A stretch of DNA of 64,000 bases, from contig JAIEMW010000001.1 in NCBI GenBank assembly GCA_019751815.1, positions 130,197-194,196 on the forward strand. Reading direction: 5' to 3'. The notes under the pieces are model-generated. The model was not told where the DNA came from. It did not search any database and saw only the letters and a program-made list of their open reading frames with translations. Position numbers and translations under genes: made by a program. Shown here in pieces: positions 58,369 through 64,000 of the stretch. Numbering within the stretch: position 1 is the first letter of the stretch; each line of letters begins with the position of its first letter. Source of the DNA: Cyanobacteriota bacterium (GTDB lineage Bacteria; Cyanobacteriota; Vampirovibrionia; Vampirovibrionales; Vampirovibrionaceae).

Positions 58369-58518
58369 TACTATCCCATCCTTCTTGTCTATCACAAAGC
58401 AATGCAGCATATTATACCCCAGTCATAAAAAGCGACAAAAAAAGCCCTGTAACGAATGCGGTTACAGGGCAAAATATTAAAGAGAGCGAGTATTAGAGTG
58501 CGAGTATGTGGGTGTGAT

Positions 58519-59625
58519 TTACTTTTTGGCTGTTTCGGTCACATTTTTTTTCAAAAACCGAAGCATATCATTGGCGATTTGTGGGCCGTACTCTTCGAGG
58601 GCAAAGTGTCCCGTGTTGAGCAGATGGAACTCCACGTTTTTGAGATCCCGTTTGTAGGGATACGCGCCTTCTGCGGGGAAGATTGCGTCATTTTTTCCCC
58701 ACTCAATCAATGTTGGTGGTTGGTATTGACGAAAATACGCCTGCCATTCTGGGTAGTGTCCTGGGTTGGTTCCGTAGGATTTAAATAACTGGATTTGGAT
58801 GTCTTTATTTCCAGGACGGTCCAGGCCGGCTTGGTCAATCACCCAGGTATCTGGGCTAATTAAACTGGGGTTTTGGGCGCCGTTGACATACTGCCAGCGT
58901 GTACCGTCTTGCGTTAAAAAGGCACGCAGTGGTTTTTCATTGTCAGCACTGGGGTCTTTCCACAGTTTTTTCAGCGGATCCCAGAAGGAGTTTGCAATCC
59001 CTTCATCATAGGCATTGCCGTTTTGCACAATCAATGCCTGCAGTTGCCCGGGGCGTTTTGTCATCAGCCGGTAACCCACAGGAGCACCATAGTCCATCAC
59101 GTACATGCTGAATTTTTTGACGTTGAGGGTGTCCAAAAATTCAGACATCAGCCCGGCCAGGTGATCAAAGCTGTAGTCAAATTCACTCACCGAAGGTGTG
59201 GCGCTGTTGCCGTAGCCAGGGTAATCCGGGGCAATCACATGGAAGTCTTTGGCAAGGACAGGGATGATATTGCGGAACATGTGAGAGGACGTGGGAAAGC
59301 CGTGAAGCAAGAGCACGGTTGGTTTATCCGCAGAACCTGCTTCGCGGTAGAAGATATTGACGCCCTGAACGGTGACAGTTTTATACTGGACCGCAGTGTT
59401 GACGTTACGGGAAACAGCCGACTGAGTGGGGACTGTGTTTTCGGTGTGTTTGGAAACAGTTTCAGCACTGGCTGCGGGAAACGCGTTACTGGCGAGCAGG
59501 CTTAGGCTGAGAACAGTGGAGAGTAACGGAGAGAGTAGGGGGCTAGATAATACGGGCTTAAATAATGCCTTTGGCGAAACAGCAATAGGGCGAGGCGTAG
59601 GGCGATATTCACGGTGAAACATCAT
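58519..59625 (-). CDS. secreted alpha/beta-hydrolase fold protein (haloalkane dehalogenase/epoxide hydrolase-like)
   Basis: Signal peptide, then VLLLHGFPTSSHMFRNIIPVLAKDFHVIAPDYPGYGNS. Confidence 0.75.
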   Translation of the reverse strand: MMFHREYRPTPRPIAVSPKALFKPVLSSPLLSPLLSTVLSLSLLASNAFPAASAETVSKHTENTVPTQSAVSRNVNTAVQYKTVTVQGVNIFYREAGSADKPTVLLLHGFPTSSHMFRNIIPVLAKDFHVIAPDYPGYGNSATPSVSEFDYSFDHLAGLMSEFLDTLNVKKFSMYVMDYGAPVGYRLMTKRPGQLQALIVQNGNAYDEGIANSFWDPLKKLWKDPSADNEKPLRAFLTQDGTRWQYVNGAQNPSLISPDTWVIDQAGLDRPGNKDIQIQLFKSYGTNPGHYPEWQAYFRQYQPPTLIEWGKNDAIFPAEGAYPYKRDLKNVEFHLLNTGHFALEEYGPQIANDMLRFLKKNVTETAKK

Positions 59626-59899
59626 GGGAGGATTCCTTCTTTTTACGTTTTTTTGACTTTGAGTGTGTAACTATCTAAAAGTTATATTGGTAGTTAATCA
59701 TTGCAATCTAATCTTGTCAATCTCTCAAGAGGGAATGAATATATATGAATCATGTTAATTTACTGCTCGTTTTTCAGGATCACTATAGCATAATGAAACA
59801 CTTGCTAAAATATACTAAGAAGGTTACAATGCTGATAATGATAGCCAATGATTTCGCTGCTCATTTTCCTGTTTTTTTATTCACGCAGGAGCCCCCTTT

Positions 59900-60562
59900 A
59901 TGCTTGTTAAAAGCTCCCCCTCACCTCTTAAAGGGTTAACTGATTTCCCGCCCGGATTCCTGTTCTTGTCCAACCATCCGGCTTTGGACCTGCTTAACAC
60001 CGAACTGAATTTTCAAGACAGTGGGTTTGATCTGATTCAAACCCCAGAAGAGTTGTTGCGGTGGCTGCTTGAATCCAAGCTAGTGACACCAGAGACATAT
60101 CAGGAAACCTCTCAGCAGTTGGGCATACTCAGCGAGGTCCAGAAGTCCTGCCTGATGAATCATTTTGCGACCTGCCGCCGTCTATTTAGAGACGTGCTTC
60201 AGTCTGAGGGGGCGGAACCTGCTTTGTCCGACTTTAACCGCTTTATTCAGGATTTCCCTCTCACCAAGTCCTTGGTGTTAGCCAACGACACGACCGAACA
60301 CGTTGCTGGGGTGAGCATTCAAGAGACCAGTACGCTCCCGTTTCCGATGAATTTGCTCCATCTGGTGATTGCTGCTTGCCTGGATTGCCTGACGCGAGTG
60401 GCGCTTTCTCGGATACATCAGTGTGAGAATGAGGCCTGCGTCTTACTTTTTTGGGACACATCCAAAAACCAGACCCGTCGTTGGTGCAGCATGGACCTGT
60501 GCGGAAACCGGATGAAAGTGGCCGCCTTTCGCGAGCGGCATAAATCGCCCAGGAAAAAATAA
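59900..60562 (+). CDS. ABATE-domain / CGNR zinc-finger protein
   Basis: C-terminal RWCSMDLCGNRMKVAAFRERH is the zf-CGNR signature; N-terminal ABATE-like ...LDLLNT. Confidence 0.7.
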   Translation: MLVKSSPSPLKGLTDFPPGFLFLSNHPALDLLNTELNFQDSGFDLIQTPEELLRWLLESKLVTPETYQETSQQLGILSEVQKSCLMNHFATCRRLFRDVLQSEGAEPALSDFNRFIQDFPLTKSLVLANDTTEHVAGVSIQETSTLPFPMNLLHLVIAACLDCLTRVALSRIHQCENEACVLLFWDTSKNQTRRWCSMDLCGNRMKVAAFRERHKSPRKK

Positions 60563-60584
60563 GCTTGTTGCCACACCCTGATTG

Positions 60585-61487
60585 CTATTGCCAAACCAGT
60601 GTGGGTTTTTTGGCGATAATTTCAATCATTGCCCGGTGCAGTGAGCTGTTGCCAGCGGCGACGATATCAATCCGCTCTTGCGCAAGGGCATATGGCGTAT
60701 TATCCATCGCGGTCACTTTACCGCCTGCTTCTGAAACCAACAGACAGCCGGCAGCCACATCCCAGGGGGATAATTTGCGCTCCCAAAAACCGTCTAAGCG
60801 GCCACTGGCTACATAGGCCAGATCGAGTGCCGCTGCCCCGGGCCTCCGAATGCCATGGCATTGTTCTAAAAAGGCGGCAACCGTGCCCAGGTTTTCCAGG
60901 GGATCCTGGTGAGACGTATAGGGGAAGCCTGTTGCCAAAAGCGCCTGATTGAGAGTTGATGTTTTACTGGCAAAGAGTCTTTTCCCGTTGAGATAAGCGC
61001 CATGCCCCTTTACAGCCCAGAACATTTCGTTCCGGCTGACATCAAAGACAATCCCAATCACGGGATGACCGTTTTCCAAATAGGCAATGGAGACGGCAAA
61101 ATGGGGAAAGCCGTGCGCAAAATTGGTGGTGCCGTCCAGGGGATCGACCACCCAACAGTCTTTACCGTTGAGGGCAGAGAGTTCTGAAGCGTTCTGAATC
61201 GTTTCTTCGGTAATAATGGCTTTCGGCGTTAAATTTTCGCGCGAAAGCATACCAGATAAGACGTGTTGAATGACGGCATCACTGTCTCGGTCGATTTGCG
61301 TGACCAAATCAATGCTGGAGGACTTCACATCCACGCCCAAGTTGCTGCGATCCACCTGCTGCTGTACCTGTCCTGCTCGCCGTGCCGCAGTTTGAGCAAT
61401 TTCCAGACGCATCATCAAAGGCTCTGGAATCCCCAGCGGGGAGAAGGACGCAGATAGGGTTTGCGTGGGTGAGGCAGTATTTTCCAT
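60585..61487 (-). CDS. inositol monophosphatase family protein
   Basis: WVVDPLDGTTNFAHGFPHFAVSIA and WDVAAG motifs. Confidence 0.85.
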   Translation of the reverse strand: MENTASPTQTLSASFSPLGIPEPLMMRLEIAQTAARRAGQVQQQVDRSNLGVDVKSSSIDLVTQIDRDSDAVIQHVLSGMLSRENLTPKAIITEETIQNASELSALNGKDCWVVDPLDGTTNFAHGFPHFAVSIAYLENGHPVIGIVFDVSRNEMFWAVKGHGAYLNGKRLFASKTSTLNQALLATGFPYTSHQDPLENLGTVAAFLEQCHGIRRPGAAALDLAYVASGRLDGFWERKLSPWDVAAGCLLVSEAGGKVTAMDNTPYALAQERIDIVAAGNSSLHRAMIEIIAKKPTLVWQ

Positions 61488-61588
61488 GGCAATATCTTTG
61501 CATATCCAAGCGGCTCTGGCTAGAATAAGCTCGTGTCAAAATCAGACATAAAAACAAATAGTTATCACAGGGATCCCGGCAAACACCG

Positions 61589-62680
61589 ATGACAGAATTT
61601 AGTACAGCCAGTAATGAAGTGCAGACTCACGCACATACTTACTCAACAGGTGAGGCATTCTCGATTGGACCGGTCTCAATCAACAGTCGGGTGATGCTCG
61701 CCCCCATGGCTGGGGTGACTGATGTGGTTTTCCGCAGTCTGGTTCGGCAATGGGCCCCGACATCGCTTATCTGCACCGAGATGATCAGCTCAAACGGGCT
61801 GGTGTATTCCAAGCAACGACAGGCCCGTATTCTTGACAAGGTGGAGAGTGACCATCCCATTGCCTATCAGCTCGCCGCCAATAAAGTCGATGTATTACTA
61901 GAAGCTGCTGAGGCGATTATTGAAGACCGAAACCCAGATACCATCGATATCAATATGGGCTGTCCGGTCAAAAAAATTACGGGAAACTTCGAGGGCTGCT
62001 CTTTGATGAAGGAGCCGGATCGTGCGTTTGAGCTAATATCCAAGCTGGTAGCCCATATTGATAAGCCTGTGACGGTCAAGTTTCGCCTGGGTTGGGATAG
62101 CAACAGTATGAACTATTTGGAATTTGGCCAAATGTGCCAGGACGCAGGCGCTCAGATGGTGACACTCCATGCCCGAACCCGTGCCCAGGGATATCAGCCC
62201 GGATGTAAGTGGGAAGCTTTTGGAGAACTCAAATCCGCACTCAATATCCCTGTCATTGCCAATGGAGATATAGAAACTCTGGCGGACGTACAGCATATCC
62301 TGAGTACTTATGGGGTGGATGGGGTGATGATTGGGCGGGGTTGTCTTGGGCAGCCGTGGTTGCTTGGAGAAATGGACAGAGCATTGAAAACCGGGGATGC
62401 CACGCCGATGATGGACCGAGAAACTCAGCTCGAAATAGCGCTCCTTCATGCGCAAAAACATTGTGAATACCGTGGGGTGGATATTGGTATTCGAGAAATC
62501 CGAAAACATCTGGCCTGGTATGCCAAAGGGTTTCCTGGAGCCAGTCAGTACAGACACCGACTGACACAGGTGCAGTCTTTGGAAGAAGTAGAGCAATTGG
62601 TGCGTGCCATGCAGGTAGATTGTCGGTCTCGGGAACAAGACACAATGCGTCAAGACCCTACCCTTCAAGTGGCTGTTTAA
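61589..62680 (+). CDS. dusB: tRNA-dihydrouridine synthase
   Basis: VMLAPMAGVTDVVFRSLVR, IDINMGCPVKKITG, the FMN-binding TIM barrel. The start may be downstream of 61589. Confidence 0.85.
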   Translation: MTEFSTASNEVQTHAHTYSTGEAFSIGPVSINSRVMLAPMAGVTDVVFRSLVRQWAPTSLICTEMISSNGLVYSKQRQARILDKVESDHPIAYQLAANKVDVLLEAAEAIIEDRNPDTIDINMGCPVKKITGNFEGCSLMKEPDRAFELISKLVAHIDKPVTVKFRLGWDSNSMNYLEFGQMCQDAGAQMVTLHARTRAQGYQPGCKWEAFGELKSALNIPVIANGDIETLADVQHILSTYGVDGVMIGRGCLGQPWLLGEMDRALKTGDATPMMDRETQLEIALLHAQKHCEYRGVDIGIREIRKHLAWYAKGFPGASQYRHRLTQVQSLEEVEQLVRAMQVDCRSREQDTMRQDPTLQVAV

Positions 62681-62710
62681 CGTGGTAAATAGTCTGTGGT
62701 TACTATTGTG

Positions 62711-64000
62711 ATGGGCGGGATAAAGAATTTTCAACGACTCTTTCAACGACTCGTTGAAAAGCGGATCCAAAGGCTGATTATTTGTGGCCTCTGGACAGCG
62801 GCGACTCTCAGCGAAATCTCTGTACTCGCCGGTATTCCTGTTAATGACCAAACAGCCAATGCTTATCCGGTGATTAATCCCATTATCCCCGTAAATGCCG
62901 TGATTCAATCACCCAGACTCGTTACCAAGGCTCGCTACCAGATTATGACTACCGGGGCTGAGGAGTTAACCCGTTGGTGGGTTGAAGGTCTTAATTCGGC
63001 TCCCTTACATCAAAAACGCTTGGAAAAAGACATTACAGGTCGCTTTGAACTACAGGTCCTCCAGGACCAACAGCCTGTTTATGCGACATTTCCGAAACTC
63101 ACTGAACTTCAAGCCTATTTAGGGTCAGATTCACTGCTGAACTTTAGTGCGGCCGAACTGAGGCGGCGCTATCCATTACTGGACAATCCTTCGACTTCTG
63201 GCAGCCGCTCGATTTCTGAGTTGGTCTCGGCGGTCTCGCGATCAGCTCAGCAAGAAGTGACCTTAGACCCCCGTGAGTGGCAATTTAGAGGTGTTTCCGA
63301 CATTCTGAGAGACGGACGAGGGAGTACCTTGGACCGGGCAATCCTTGCTGTGTCCCTGCTGCGTTCAGCCAATATTCCCTCTCGTCTTGTGTTTGGCCTG
63401 GTTTTCCAGACAAACGGACTCTCCGGGCAAGGTGGTTTAATGCTGCATCCCTGGGTGGAGTATGCAGCTGCTCTCAGTCAGGATTTTTCTGGGTCAAAGA
63501 ATATTATCTGGCTTGGGGTTGATCCCAATGACACAAACACAACCCTCGACGCTACCCATATTCGCCTGTTCTCGTGTGACGCTGAGACAGCCAGTGACTG
63601 CGGTCAAAAAATATCCCAGTGGAAAGAAACCTTTTCAAGTACTGAGATCAAGGTGTTAGAGGTGTCTGGACGGCAGAGCAGTACGATTAGTCTTGCTGGA
63701 CGCGAAGAGGAAAACGCCAAACAGATTCCTGTGCTTTCAATAGAGCCCGGTAATAGCAACCAGATGACGGTCCAGAAAACCGGGATTGAAGCCAACAGCC
63801 GTCAAGACGATCCGGTGTTTTCTCTCGACCCCTCTGAGCAGAATCCCGGGGTCTTGGTGCCGGAAAAACGCTTCTACAAAGGGGTTGAAAAATTCTATCA
63901 AGGAAATATTGATGAAGCGCGACAGATCTTCGAGAGTTGTTCGGTGGATGATCCCAGTCCTGTGGCACGCCTCAATCTTGCAATTCAACTTCAAGCCCTG
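62711..64000 (+). CDS. transglutaminase-like / TPR-containing protein, 5' portion (runs off window end)
   Basis: Open frame from the ATG at 62711 to the window end with no stop (not in the ORF track because it is incomplete). TLDRAILAVSLLRSANIPSRLVFG...HPWVEY resembles a transglutaminase-like core with a degenerate catalytic Cys. Confidence 0.5.
   Translation, partial: MGGIKNFQRLFQRLVEKRIQRLIICGLWTAATLSEISVLAGIPVNDQTANAYPVINPIIPVNAVIQSPRLVTKARYQIMTTGAEELTRWWVEGLNSAPLHQKRLEKDITGRFELQVLQDQQPVYATFPKLTELQAYLGSDSLLNFSAAELRRRYPLLDNPSTSGSRSISELVSAVSRSAQQEVTLDPREWQFRGVSDILRDGRGSTLDRAILAVSLLRSANIPSRLVFGLVFQTNGLSGQGGLMLHPWVEYAAALSQDFSGSKNIIWLGVDPNDTNTTLDATHIRLFSCDAETASDCGQKISQWKETFSSTEIKVLEVSGRQSSTISLAGREEENAKQIPVLSIEPGNSNQMTVQKTGIEANSRQDDPVFSLDPSEQNPGVLVPEKRFYKGVEKFYQGNIDEARQIFESCSVDDPSPVARLNLAIQLQAL

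Noticed and set aside
1-64000. Search for CRISPR arrays, tRNA/rRNA genes, transposases, integrases or phage genes
   Set aside because: No array of regularly spaced repeats, no T-loop (GGTTCGAWTCC)-containing cloverleaf candidates in the intergenic regions inspected, and no transposase or integrase-like translations. The window appears to be non-mobile chromosomal backbone.

Overview
This 64-kb window looks like a compact bacterial chromosomal segment of about 50% GC. It is dense with housekeeping genes: the 3' end of hisS, malQ, mutL, purM-purN, nadB-nadC, the rimP-nusA-ylxR-infB-rbfA operon, hemB, ybaB-recR, ssb, dusB, and a pdxA plus DUF1537-kinase pair. The gene content (DUF3592 and DUF4330 proteins, a group-3 SigF/FliA-like sigma factor, a PRK/uridine-kinase family protein, prepilin-type genes) suggests a cyanobacterium-like or related lineage, but the window carries no photosynthesis genes. 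Genes frequently overlap at start and stop codons, and several convergent gene pairs overlap at their 3' ends. Accessory-looking content is interspersed with the core genes:
- An LPS-core type module: an RfaE-like heptose kinase, three tandem DUF3592 paralogs, a DUF4330-like gene, an O-antigen-ligase-like gene and a GT9 heptosyltransferase.
- A sensor kinase plus OmpR-type regulator pair, with a perfect 16-bp x2 tandem repeat in the regulator's 5' leader.
- Four tandem prepilin-type (type IV pilin-like) genes in two paralogous pairs, with an internal terminator, near a monocistronic SigF/FliA-like sigma factor gene.
- A cluster of uncharacterised genes at 28.6-31.6 kb: a Pro-rich glycine-zipper membrane protein, an HExxH-motif protein and a small secreted protein.
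- A 1435-aa tandem SF1 helicase (an AddB-like N-terminal half fused to a UvrD/AddA-like helicase that lacks a nuclease domain), translationally coupled to a stand-alone Cas4/AddB-type PD-(D/E)XK Fe-S nuclease.

I did not recognise any rRNA, tRNA, CRISPR array, transposase or integrase. Two gene 3' ends (hemB and the sigma factor gene) are partly duplicated immediately downstream. Two intergenic regions are unusually long, at about 600 nt (11603-12186 and 26687-27293), and may hold noncoding RNAs. All calls rest on reading the sequence and translations by eye; no searches were run.
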